From NCBI RefSeq assembly GCF_000010625.1, contig NC_010296.1, forward strand, positions 2,010,001 through 2,042,000: 32,000 nt of DNA. The letters are read 5' to 3'. This DNA comes from Microcystis aeruginosa NIES-843. Lineage in GTDB: Bacteria; Cyanobacteriota; Cyanobacteriia; Cyanobacteriales; Microcystaceae. A program made the translations under genes and the position numbers. Position 1 is the stretch's first letter; every line of letters starts with the position of its first letter. Shown piece by piece: positions 1-7,646 of this stretch. A model generated the notes under the pieces. It made no database searches, had not been told where the DNA came from, and saw nothing but the letters and a program-made list of their open reading frames with translations.

Positions 1-234
1 TGCTTTTTTCCGCCCCTTAGCTGAATGATTATCAACACAAATAATACCTCTTTTTAGTTCTTTAATTCCTTTACGAATAGTAGTTCGATTCCAGCCTAAC
101 TCCTGTGCAGCAAGGGTTTGTCCCCCATAGCCTAATTCTAAGACTGTTTGGGCCATGAATCTTCTTTTAGCTGCACCTTTTAATTGAAGTGCAGTTTCAC
201 TGAGCAATTTCTTGAGGGAATCAGTTAATTCCAT
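1..234 (-). CDS. ISAzo13-like (DDE) transposase, N-terminal 78 aa only; gene runs off the window start
   Basis: Absent from the ORF track because it is edge-truncated. Reverse complement from ATG (234-232) reads MELTDSLKKLLSETALQLKGAAKRRFMAQTVLELGYGGQTLAAQELGWNRTTIRKGIKELKRGIICVDNHSAKGRKKA with no stop down to position 1. The LKG..RR.FMAQTV..LG.GGQ..AA.ELGWNR.TIRKG..EL..G..C.D..SA.GRK pattern matches what I recall of ISAzo13-family transposase N-termini. Confidence 0.55.
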   Translation of the reverse strand, partial: MELTDSLKKLLSETALQLKGAAKRRFMAQTVLELGYGGQTLAAQELGWNRTTIRKGIKELKRGIICVDNHSAKGRKKA

Positions 235-385
235 ATACACTTACAAAGAAAAACTTGATTAATAATGTACAGGATTAATTCTACTACAAAATTGGAAGGA
301 GGAGGCAACCATCGACCCCTACCTCCTACACTCCGAGAATGATTATTATTCTTGAGCATGAATAGTTTATTTTTTGGAAGTCCCT
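1..385 (-). mobile_element. Partial IS (ISAzo13-like). The inner terminus is only approximate, placed where methyltransferase-like homology stops.
   Basis: Transposase N-terminus at 1-234. The neighbouring ORF 326-589 loses family-like sequence after ...EYVYRNRPSGI (about nt 386) and continues as low-complexity read-through (RDFQKINYSCSRIIIILGV). Confidence 0.35.
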
Positions 386-589
386 AATGCCGCTGGGACG
401 ATTGCGATAAACATACTCTAACATGACTCCTGAATCAAAGCCGTATTTCAAGCCCAGACGAATTCCGTCTGAAAGTTGCCCGATGGTTTGAAACAGCAAT
501 CTTACAAGGCTGTAGTAGATGGCTTTAGGATGCCAAATTGGCAGCGGACGACTTAGTGAATCATAGCTAGGTAAGGTTTGAGAATTCAT
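326..589 (-). pseudogene. 5' fragment of a SAM-dependent methyltransferase-like gene, truncated by the IS
   Basis: 87-aa ORF. The first ~67 aa (..DGIRLGLKYGFDSGVMLEYVYRNRPSGI) resemble N-termini of ~300-aa methyltransferases that I recall follow CDP-alcohol PT/CdsA/acyltransferase clusters. The SAM-binding core is absent. Confidence 0.35.
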
Positions 590-630
590 GGTTAATTCCT
601 TCGTTTAATCAAGAAAAATCAAGAACTTTT

Positions 631-1272
631 TTATTGCCAAGCAGAAAAATTTCCTGATGATGCCAACTCTTGTATTGACTGATTTAACAAATCCATAAAG
701 CTTTGTTTATTGCCAGTCCAATGGAGAGGATTACCAAGCCAAACATCACAAAAGAAAGGGACTAATAAAGCTTCACCTTTGGGAAGTGTCTTGCCTAAAC
801 CATGCAAGAAAATTGGATAGATGGGGATTTCTGGATGCCGTTTCGCTAGATGGGCAATGCCACTCTTAAAGCTAGTTAAAGATTCAGGATTGCCGCGAGA
901 GCCTTCAGGATAGATTAGCAGAATTTCTCTCCGCACTAATGCCTGAGAACAACTGTCTAGAGGATGCTCGCGAACATTCCCCATTTCGCGTCTTAAGGGA
1001 ATGATACCAATAATATTTAGAGAAAACCAAGTCAGCCAGGGATTCTTTAACCAATAGTCCGCCGCCGCTACTGGACGCAATTTGTCTAATAACCTTAAGG
1101 GAAAGAGTGTCATCAATACCAGGGTATCGAGATGGCTGTTGTGGTTGGCAACAATTATCGCTGGTCCCGATTTTGGTAGCCTCTCTTTGTGACTGATTCT
1201 TAGTCCGATAATGACCAAGACAATCAGTCTAACCACGCAACCAAAAAACAACAATCGCAGTAACTTATTCAA
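631..1272 (-). CDS. 1-acyl-sn-glycerol-3-phosphate (lysophospholipid) acyltransferase, PlsC family
   Basis: 213 aa. HX4D acyltransferase motif (ANHNSHLD), YPEGSRG block, N-terminal TM helix. TTG start overlaps the cdsA stop by 4 nt. Confidence 0.8.
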   Translation of the reverse strand: MNKLLRLLFFGCVVRLIVLVIIGLRISHKERLPKSGPAIIVANHNSHLDTLVLMTLFPLRLLDKLRPVAAADYWLKNPWLTWFSLNIIGIIPLRREMGNVREHPLDSCSQALVRREILLIYPEGSRGNPESLTSFKSGIAHLAKRHPEIPIYPIFLHGLGKTLPKGEALLVPFFCDVWLGNPLHWTGNKQSFMDLLNQSIQELASSGNFSAWQ

Positions 1273-2225
1273 GCTAACATCCCCCGGAAATAAAAGTAAA
1301 CAGTAAAATGGAAAAATAGGGGAGCAGTATAAGTTAAACTGTCAATACGATCAAGAATACCACCGTGTCCTGGTAAGAGATTACCGCTGTCTTTAACTCC
1401 TAAGTCTCGCTTCAGAGCCGATACAGTAACATCACCAATAAAACCGGCAATTCCCAATAGTAACCCCAGCCAGAATGCGTGAGTTAAATTAAACGGAGTT
1501 AACCAAGGAGCCAAAATTACTGCCAATACTATTGTCGTTATTATCCCTCCTAGCAAGCCTTCCCAGGTTTTGTTGGGGCTAACTGTCGGTAAAACTTTAT
1601 GTCTTCCCAAACTTTTTCCCCACAAGTACTGGGAAATATCATTCAGAGCCGTCAAAAATAAAAGATACAGTAACAATCCAGCACCGCCAGCTATGGGATT
1701 ACCTGCGGGTGGTAGCCTTAATAAATAGGCGACGTGACTGATGCTAAATACTGTCAGCATCAATCCCCAATGTAGAGTTCCTATTGCCTTGAGAAAACCG
1801 TGTATTTCTCCTAAAATTACCATCCGCATCGGCAAGATAAGGAACATATAAACTGGGATAAATACTAAAAACATTCCGTACCACCGACTGTAAATCCAGT
1901 AATATTGTAAGATGATTGCTAAATAAGCCCAAAACAAGACGCGACGGTCTGCCCGCCGTGTCGGAATTAGAGATAAATATTCTTTCAGGGCCAGAAAACT
2001 GACAAAACCAAAAAAGATCACAGCTATTCCAGGACTGAGGATGAGAGAAGTTGAGAAAAGAAGGGTAATTGCCCACCAAGATTTGACTCGTTGCTTCAGT
2101 TCTGTATAATTTCTCTCTGGCAAAGTTAGGGAGAGAAGCTGAATTATGAGAGTCGCTAGTATTAATAGGATAAATACCCCTGCTAACCCCCAGATAACAT
2201 TAATTGCTGGCTTCGTCCAAACCAT
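1269..2225 (-). CDS. cdsA: Phosphatidate cytidylyltransferase (CDP-diglyceride synthase)
   Basis: 318 aa polytopic membrane protein. SPNKTWEG and the C-terminal signature SALKRDLGVKDSGNLLPGHGGILDRIDS match the CdsA family signature. Confidence 0.85.
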   Translation of the reverse strand: MVWTKPAINVIWGLAGVFILLILATLIIQLLSLTLPERNYTELKQRVKSWWAITLLFSTSLILSPGIAVIFFGFVSFLALKEYLSLIPTRRADRRVLFWAYLAIILQYYWIYSRWYGMFLVFIPVYMFLILPMRMVILGEIHGFLKAIGTLHWGLMLTVFSISHVAYLLRLPPAGNPIAGGAGLLLYLLFLTALNDISQYLWGKSLGRHKVLPTVSPNKTWEGLLGGIITTIVLAVILAPWLTPFNLTHAFWLGLLLGIAGFIGDVTVSALKRDLGVKDSGNLLPGHGGILDRIDSLTYTAPLFFHFTVYFYFRGMLA

Positions 2226-2949
2226 GATACTCTAATTCCTTTAAGCTGCTGTAAGCCCGATTGATAATTGTCGAAAATAGCAGTAAGATTGTGGTAATCC
2301 AAATATAATCTAACCACTTTCCTGCTGTCAATCCTAATCCTAATAATAAAGCAATTATACCAAATAAAAAAGCACGATCACTTTTGCCCATTGGCCCTTG
2401 ATATTGTCTTTTTCCACTCACTGTAACCCCGAGAACTCCAGTCATTTCACTGATGATTGACAGTAAGACAATTGGGACAACCAAAATACTAGAAACTCCT
2501 GGTATTAAGGCAAAGGGAAGGTAGAGGGCAGTATCAGAAATTACATCTCCTAGTTCATTTAAGATAGTACCTAACGATGTTTTCTGGTTGTAGTCTCTGG
2601 CTAACATCCCATCAATCGCATTCAGTGCAATTCGCATAAAAAGTACCAAAGGCATCAGCAACAGTAGCCAGCGCTGACAATGCCAAAGGACAATTGCTAT
2701 TCCCATCAATACTGATAAGACAGCAGCAGATGTGGTAATTTGATTCGCCGTGATTCCTTGTTTCGCTAGTTGCTTGACTAGCGGACTCAATATCTTTTGA
2801 AAAGCTGGCTTTAATTGATAGATAGTAATCACGGAATTTAGATCAACTTTTATAAATTTAAAAATTTTTGTCCAGAGATATGGAACTATAAATATATCAT
2901 ACCAAGAGATAGGCGTAATCGCCAGAAGTTTTCCCCATATCACGTCCAA
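2200..2949 (-). CDS. CDP-alcohol phosphatidyltransferase family protein
   Basis: Polytopic. DGMLAR-x8-G-x3-N-x3-D-x3-D is a variant of the DGx2ARx8Gx3Dx3D signature. The track start is TTG at 2949; GTG at 2832 (MITIYQLKP...) is an equally plausible true start. Confidence 0.75.
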   Translation of the reverse strand: MDVIWGKLLAITPISWYDIFIVPYLWTKIFKFIKVDLNSVITIYQLKPAFQKILSPLVKQLAKQGITANQITTSAAVLSVLMGIAIVLWHCQRWLLLLMPLVLFMRIALNAIDGMLARDYNQKTSLGTILNELGDVISDTALYLPFALIPGVSSILVVPIVLLSIISEMTGVLGVTVSGKRQYQGPMGKSDRAFLFGIIALLLGLGLTAGKWLDYIWITTILLLFSTIINRAYSSLKELEYHGLDEASN

Positions 2950-3001
2950 AAGCGTGTTAGCCAGATTAGCCTATTGCCAAAAACCTTGGTTAACTAAATT
3001 C

Positions 3002-3124
3002 CTGACAATTAGGCTCATTCTAGCGATGATTCTTCGATCTGACCGCACCCATTGACAAAAATTTACAATTATTAGACCTTTAGCGATCGCTATCGGGAGA
3101 TAGTTGTTTTTTGTTACAGCAGTG
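3002..3124 (+). repeat. 122-bp direct repeat, left copy (partner at 4736-4857)
   Basis: The first 49 bp (ctgacaattaggctcattctagcgatgattcttcgatctgaccgcaccc) are identical in both copies and the remainder is about 90% identical by eye. Contains a HIP1 site and the hairpin CTATCGGGAGATAG followed by a T-run. Confidence 0.9.
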
Positions 3125-3189
3125 GGGAGAAGGGAGCGGGTTTTTCAAGTTGGATTGGGAGTTAATCATACTATTAAAAACCGATTCAG

Positions 3190-3645
3190 TATAAAGACCC
3201 CGTTATGCCGTGTCCCTACAGATAGACTTCAACGGCCCTAGCATTCGCCGCGTCACGGAATGAATATTCGCCTTGCGCCTCGATAGGTATCAATATCAAG
3301 CACAATTTCAACAAGACTTTCAACACACCGACCTCGATATTCGGAATCATCGGAAATTTTGGGTCTGAAACCCCGCCGTTCTAGGTTGGCTTTACGTTAG
3401 AATTAAAAGGCCAGTCTCGAAAACCAAGTGGACGGCGCAGCACCTTGAAAACTCGGCTTAGGGGGTTCCGACCAGAAAAGCTTGGCCGGGTAAAAAGTCG
3501 CGCGCAACAAGTACAAGAAGCTATAGGCGGTCAACGTACCGTGGGACACACGGAATCGGGCTTCTGAAATGGGGCGAAAGTCTGTGGACTCTGTGTAAGA
3601 CAGTACATGGTTTTTTAACTGTGGTATGCGACGGTGGTGGAAGCA
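3190..3645. other. ORF-free, G+C-enriched, stem-rich segment; candidate structured RNA or relic of one (class unknown)
   Basis: No ORF of 60 aa or more on either strand across ~700 nt (2950-3650), although the segment is visibly richer in G+C than its flanks. Local hairpins include CCGTG-GGACA-CACGG and GGC-GAAA-GTC, and CTGT-GTAAG-ACAG contains a GTAA (GNRA-type) tetranucleotide. CCGTGTCCC (about 3208) is complementary to GGGACAC(AC)GG (about 3543). Confidence 0.2.
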
Positions 3646-3650
3646 GAAAC

Positions 3651-4001
3651 TTAAATCGTGAGGTTTAGGAATCGCCGCACTTTTAGGGCGGCGAGGATGT
3701 CAATCAAAAGCCGATCAGCATTGCTAACGGTGATCACAGGCAATGACTCTGAGGTATTTTCTTCACGCAGGACCTGCTCTAGGGAATCTTTCCCTTCCAT
3801 ACTGTGATTAGCGGTAAGCAAAATCATCTGATTCTCTTGAGCAAGTCGCCAAACCGTCCTGTCATCACTGTTGATCGACAAATCCATCTCTGCAAAGGTG
3901 ACGAACTGCATCGGGACGATATCAAGCCAGCCCTGAGTTGCGATCGCACCCAAGAAAACCAAGGCATGACCTTTGAGATTGTGATCAATCAAAAAAATCA
4001 T
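3651..4001 (-). CDS. PIN-like (DUF5615-related) putative toxin
   Basis: 116 aa starting MIFLIDHNL.., size and acidic pattern typical of small PIN-like toxins. 4-nt overlap with the upstream DUF433-like gene. Confidence 0.45.
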   Translation of the reverse strand: MIFLIDHNLKGHALVFLGAIATQGWLDIVPMQFVTFAEMDLSINSDDRTVWRLAQENQMILLTANHSMEGKDSLEQVLREENTSESLPVITVSNADRLLIDILAALKVRRFLNLTI

Positions 4002-4372
4002 ACTTTCGACTCACGCTTTGCCTTAGCCACTCGAAGCTTTTCCCAAGCAGCCTCGGAGCCTGGCTTAGGTGGTTGCGCAGCAATACGGGCAACTCGCTCA
4101 CGATTTTGCTCTTCGTAATACTGTCGGAGTTCTTCAGCTTCTTTGAGAACTTGCTGGTACTCAGCTTCCACATCCGCACGATGAGCCTCAATATAAGCCA
4201 GGGCAGTGTTAATTTGCTCTTCCGTCAGATCAAATAATCCCTGAATGAACTTAGGTGGATATTGAGCAGTCACATAATCCATTACATCATAGAGGGTGAT
4301 GCGGGTTCCTGCGATTGTCAGTCCTCGCTCTGTACGAATGATAGCGGTTTTTCCATTAGATGCGAGCGTCAT
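3998..4372 (-). CDS. DUF433-like putative antitoxin with a charged coiled C-terminal tail
   Basis: 124 aa. IAGTRITLYDVMDYV....EEQINTALAYIEAH resembles the DUF433 homeodomain-like fold. Translationally coupled to the PIN-like gene. Confidence 0.55.
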   Translation of the reverse strand: MTLASNGKTAIIRTERGLTIAGTRITLYDVMDYVTAQYPPKFIQGLFDLTEEQINTALAYIEAHRADVEAEYQQVLKEAEELRQYYEEQNRERVARIAAQPPKPGSEAAWEKLRVAKAKRESKV

Positions 4373-4735
4373 AGCTATAGTCTCAGTCTTTCACCATCTC
4401 ATTCCATATTACCGCATGAAAAAGTAAGGTGAGCAAACGCCCACCCTGACTACTAATTCGCAAGCTCTTTAATCCTCGACCCAGACCTTCAAAATGTATT
4501 TCAGCCTCGTTCCTGCATCTAGCCAGTAGTGAACTCCAATATCTGGCAATTCAGTATCATTTGTGTGAGCATCACCAGGCCCCGTACTACAAGATCGGCG
4601 ATCAAATTTAGACCACAGCTTCAATCAATGGGTGTGGTGCGTTCCCCAAAATCGATCAGTGGAGCAGTAGGAGCCACATTAGGGAACGCACCCTACAAGA
4701 GCGGCGATCTGCTATGCAGTGCCTTCGGCATCGCA

Positions 4736-4857
4736 CTGACAATTAGGCTCATTCTAGCGATGATTCTTCGATCTGACCGCACCCCTTAACAGAAACTTAC
4801 AGTTATTCGACCTTTTGCGATCGCTATCGGGAGATAGTTGTTTTTTGTTAGAGCAGT
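4736..4857 (+). repeat. 122-bp direct repeat, right copy (partner at 3002-3124)
   Basis: See the left copy. Same orientation, 1611 bp apart. Confidence 0.9.
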
Positions 4858-4878
4858 ATGGAGCAGTCTAACTGATGG

Positions 4879-5343
4879 CTATATTTCCAGATTATCGCCC
4901 GCAGGAAACCAATCTTCATCGAGAATTTGTTCAAGGGAACCAATGGGAATAACGGGGAAAGTATCGAGGGGTAATTGAGAGCGGTCACTGGCATTTTTTC
5001 GGGCTGAAAGATAACATTCATCAAAAATTTCCAAAAGATAAGGTTTCAGACTAGGACTATCTTTAAGTTCATCTAATATATCGAGACGAAAAGTTCTAAT
5101 CTCTCCCTTCCAGTGACCTTCGTTTCTCTCTCTTTCTGCCGCCCAATATTTGAGCTTAAGTAAATGTTCTAATAATCGGGTTAACAGACTTTTAATTGTG
5201 CGCTTTTCACTCCTTCCCATACTTGCTAATTCCTCTAGTAAATTCTCTAAATCTACCCGCTCAAACTGTCTGGCTTGCAGTTGATTAATAGTAGTTCTAA
5301 TCCAGAGATAAAAGTCTTCTTCGTACAGGGTTTTATTATCCAT
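4879..5343 (-). CDS. DUF29 domain protein, paralog 1 (most diverged)
   Basis: 154 aa. LYE.DFY.W......L.....E.VDLENL.EE..S.GRSE+R, ...W.GEI...R..I....KDSPSLKPY and a ...DEDWFP end are the classic DUF29 pattern. Confidence 0.8.
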   Translation of the reverse strand: MDNKTLYEEDFYLWIRTTINQLQARQFERVDLENLLEELASMGRSEKRTIKSLLTRLLEHLLKLKYWAAERERNEGHWKGEIRTFRLDILDELKDSPSLKPYLLEIFDECYLSARKNASDRSQLPLDTFPVIPIGSLEQILDEDWFPAGDNLEI

Positions 5344-5359
5344 AATTTACCTCTATATA

Positions 5360-5818
5360 TTACTCGTGGTTATTAGTGGGAAACCAATCTTCATCGAGAA
5401 TTTGTTCAAGGGAACCAATGGGAATAGGGGGGAAAGTATCAAGAGGTAATTGAGTTCTAACTTGAGCCTCTTTTCTAGCAAATTGATAGCATTCCTCAAA
5501 GATTTCCAGAATATAGGGTTTTAAACTAGGGCTATCTTTAATTTCTTCGATTATTTGTCGGCGAAAGTTGATAATTTCCCCTTTCCAGTGACCCTCATTT
5601 CTAGATTTTTCTCCTGTCCAGTAAGTTAGTTTCAGCAAATGTACCAGTAATTGAATCAAAAGATTTTCGATTTTGCGCTTTTCACTCCTTCCCATACTTG
5701 CTAATTCCTCCAGTAAATTCTCTAAATCTACCCGCTCAAACTGTCTCGCTTGCAGTTGATTAATAGTAGTTCTAATCCAGAGATAAAAGTCTTGTTCGTA
5801 CAGGGTTTTATTATCCAT
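5360..5818 (-). CDS. DUF29 domain protein, paralog 2
   Basis: 152 aa, same pattern. 16-nt spacer to the neighbouring copies. Confidence 0.8.
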   Translation of the reverse strand: MDNKTLYEQDFYLWIRTTINQLQARQFERVDLENLLEELASMGRSEKRKIENLLIQLLVHLLKLTYWTGEKSRNEGHWKGEIINFRRQIIEEIKDSPSLKPYILEIFEECYQFARKEAQVRTQLPLDTFPPIPIGSLEQILDEDWFPTNNHE

Positions 5819-5834
5819 AATTGACCTCTATATA

Positions 5835-6293
5835 TTACTCATGGTTATTAGTGGGAAACCAATCTTCATCGAGAATTTGTTCAAGGGAACCAAGGGGAAT
5901 AGCGGGGAAAGTATCGAGGGGTAATTGAGAGCGATCACTAGCATCTTTTCTAGCAAATTGATAGCATTCCTCAAAGATTTCCAAAAGATAGGGTTTGAGA
6001 CTAGGGCTATCTTTAACTTCTTTGATTATTTGTCGGCGAAAGTTTCTAATTTCCCCTTTCCAGTGACCCTCATTTCTAGCTTTTTCTCCTGTCCAGTAGG
6101 TTAGTTTCAGCAAATGTACCAGCAATTGAATCAAAAGATTTTCGATTTTGCGTTTTTCACTCCTTCCCATACTTGCTAACTCCTCCAGTAAATTATCTAA
6201 ATCTACCCGCTCAAACTGTCTGGCTTGCAGTTGATTAATAGTAGTTCTAATCCAGAGATAAAAGTCTTGTTCGTACAGAGTTTTATTTTCCAT
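5835..6293 (-). CDS. DUF29 domain protein, paralog 3
   Basis: 152 aa, same pattern. Confidence 0.8.
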   Translation of the reverse strand: MENKTLYEQDFYLWIRTTINQLQARQFERVDLDNLLEELASMGRSEKRKIENLLIQLLVHLLKLTYWTGEKARNEGHWKGEIRNFRRQIIKEVKDSPSLKPYLLEIFEECYQFARKDASDRSQLPLDTFPAIPLGSLEQILDEDWFPTNNHE

Positions 6294-6336
6294 AAATACT
6301 CACTTAAACTAAATAAAACGGGGATAATCATAAAAC

Positions 6337-7320
6337 TTAACTATACAAACTAGCCACATATTCACCATAGCCATTATAGGGCAGAGTTTCGATAATTTCC
6401 CAAGATAAATCACTTCTACTGCCGATAAATTTCTCCGTTGCTTGCGACCAACGGGGATGGGGTTTACTAGGGTTCACATTAGCCTCAAAATCGTATTCGT
6501 GAGCGTCAATTGTGTTCCAGTAGGTGGCGGGTTGTTTGGCGGTAAATTCAATTTTTACTATCGATTTTGCTCCTTTAAAACCGTATTTCCAAGGAATAAC
6601 CATTCGCAAGGGTGCGCCCTGTTGTTTCGGTAAATCATGACCGAAAATTCCCACAGCAAAGAAAGCTAATTCGTTGGCCATTTCTTCAATTCTTAAACCT
6701 TCTGTATAGGGCCATGGTAAGGCTCCTAAATGTAATCCTGGCCCCTGGGTAATTTCTGGATTATAAAAGGAAGTAAAACGGACGAATTTAGCTTCTGGTT
6801 TTGGTTCCACTGCCGCAATTAAAGCACTCATGGGAAAACCCAGCCAAGGTAAGACCATTGACCAAGCTTCCACACAACGAAAACGATAGATTCTTTCTTC
6901 GAGAGGAAAGGTTTTTTTTATAGTATCTATATCGTAGGTTTGGGGATTTTTTACCAATCCTCCCACTTCTACCGTCCAGGGATTCGTCGGTAGTTTCTGC
7001 GCTTTTAACCAGATATTTTTCCCCCCTCCGAACTCATAAAAATTATTATATCTCCCCGCTACAGTTTCGGCAGCTATGGGGCGATTTACCGTTAAAAACT
7101 GCGGATTCTTGCTGAAACCTTCAATTTTAGGTAATTGCAAACTTTTTTCTAAAGCTTCCGAGGAGGAGGATTTACCACAAGCAGTTAATAATAGGGAACT
7201 CCCCGCAATTCCTGTCCCGATTAACCCCTGTAAAAAGCGACGACGGTTAAAATAAACACTTTCGGAAGTGACTTCATTTTCGGAAATTTGCCAGGATTTA
7301 GCTAAACGAATTAAGACCAT
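6337..7320 (-). CDS. msrP: Protein-methionine-sulfoxide reductase catalytic subunit MsrP (YedY-type molybdoenzyme)
   Basis: 327 aa. Twin-arginine leader (NRRRFLQGL) and long collinear similarity to E. coli MsrP as I recall it (YNNFYEFG, EERIYRFRCVEAWSMVLPWLGFP, GAPLRMVIPWKYGFKGAKSIVKIEF, HPRWSQATE+FIGS). Confidence 0.85.
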   Translation of the reverse strand: MVLIRLAKSWQISENEVTSESVYFNRRRFLQGLIGTGIAGSSLLLTACGKSSSSEALEKSLQLPKIEGFSKNPQFLTVNRPIAAETVAGRYNNFYEFGGGKNIWLKAQKLPTNPWTVEVGGLVKNPQTYDIDTIKKTFPLEERIYRFRCVEAWSMVLPWLGFPMSALIAAVEPKPEAKFVRFTSFYNPEITQGPGLHLGALPWPYTEGLRIEEMANELAFFAVGIFGHDLPKQQGAPLRMVIPWKYGFKGAKSIVKIEFTAKQPATYWNTIDAHEYDFEANVNPSKPHPRWSQATEKFIGSRSDLSWEIIETLPYNGYGEYVASLYS

Positions 7321-7566
7321 AATTAGGATTTGCTGAAAAAGTTTGTTGGTGGGGTTAGGAGTCGGTCGTCAGGAGTCAGTAGCCGGTCGTCGGGAGTTTC
7401 AGGCTTTGTTGCCCTCTCTTTTTTGTACCAACTTATGTACTACAACAAGGATAATGCAAGGTTTTTGATGGTCCCAATCCGATTTTCGCAGCATGAACAT
7501 CGGATTTTAACAGGTCAAAAGCCTTATTTTAAAAGGGTTTTCCCATTATTCAGCAAGCCCTAATTA
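7320..7566 (+). mobile_element. MITE, family with TIR TAATTAGGRYTTGCTGAA (copy A)
   Basis: Terminal inverted repeats taattaggatttgctgaa / ttcagcaagccctaatta. Near-full-length inverted copy at 31178-31414. Carries GGAGTC-type short repeats internally. ORF 7330-7563 lies entirely inside it. Confidence 0.8.
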
Positions 7567-7583
7567 TTCCCAATTTTATTGAC

Positions 7584-7621
7584 AAAAAAACAGAGTTATG
7601 ATATGGGATACCACAACTCTG
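7584..7621 (-). terminator. Rho-independent terminator candidate downstream of the P450 gene
   Basis: On the minus strand: CAGAGTT-(17 nt loop)-AACTCTG followed by T7, 26 nt after the P450 stop. Confidence 0.45.
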
Positions 7622-7646
7622 ATTGTACAATAGTTTGTCAGTTTTT

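Noticed and set aside
1744-2079. 111-aa ORF inside cdsA, in another frame of the same (minus) strand.
   Set aside because: It is embedded in a gene with a perfect CdsA signature and has no features of its own.
3190-3645. Tried to call this a group II intron fragment, RNase P RNA, tmRNA or a riboswitch.
   Set aside because: I could find no 5' GUGYG, no domain V-like 34-nt hairpin, no RNase P GGAAAGUCCGGGCUCC-type box and no tmRNA tag or acceptor end. It is kept only as an unclassified candidate.
3804-4191. ORFs 3804-4118 (+) and 3985-4191 (-).
   Set aside because: They are antisense or out of frame to the well-supported PIN-like and DUF433 genes. They are shadow ORFs.
4529-4789. 86-aa plus-strand ORF.
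   Set aside because: Its 3' third is the 122-bp direct repeat, the rest has no family features, and it sits in the promoter-side spacer of the TA pair.
7330-7563. 77-aa ORF between msrP and the P450 gene.
   Set aside because: It lies wholly inside a MITE whose second copy (31178-31414) does not conserve the reading frame.
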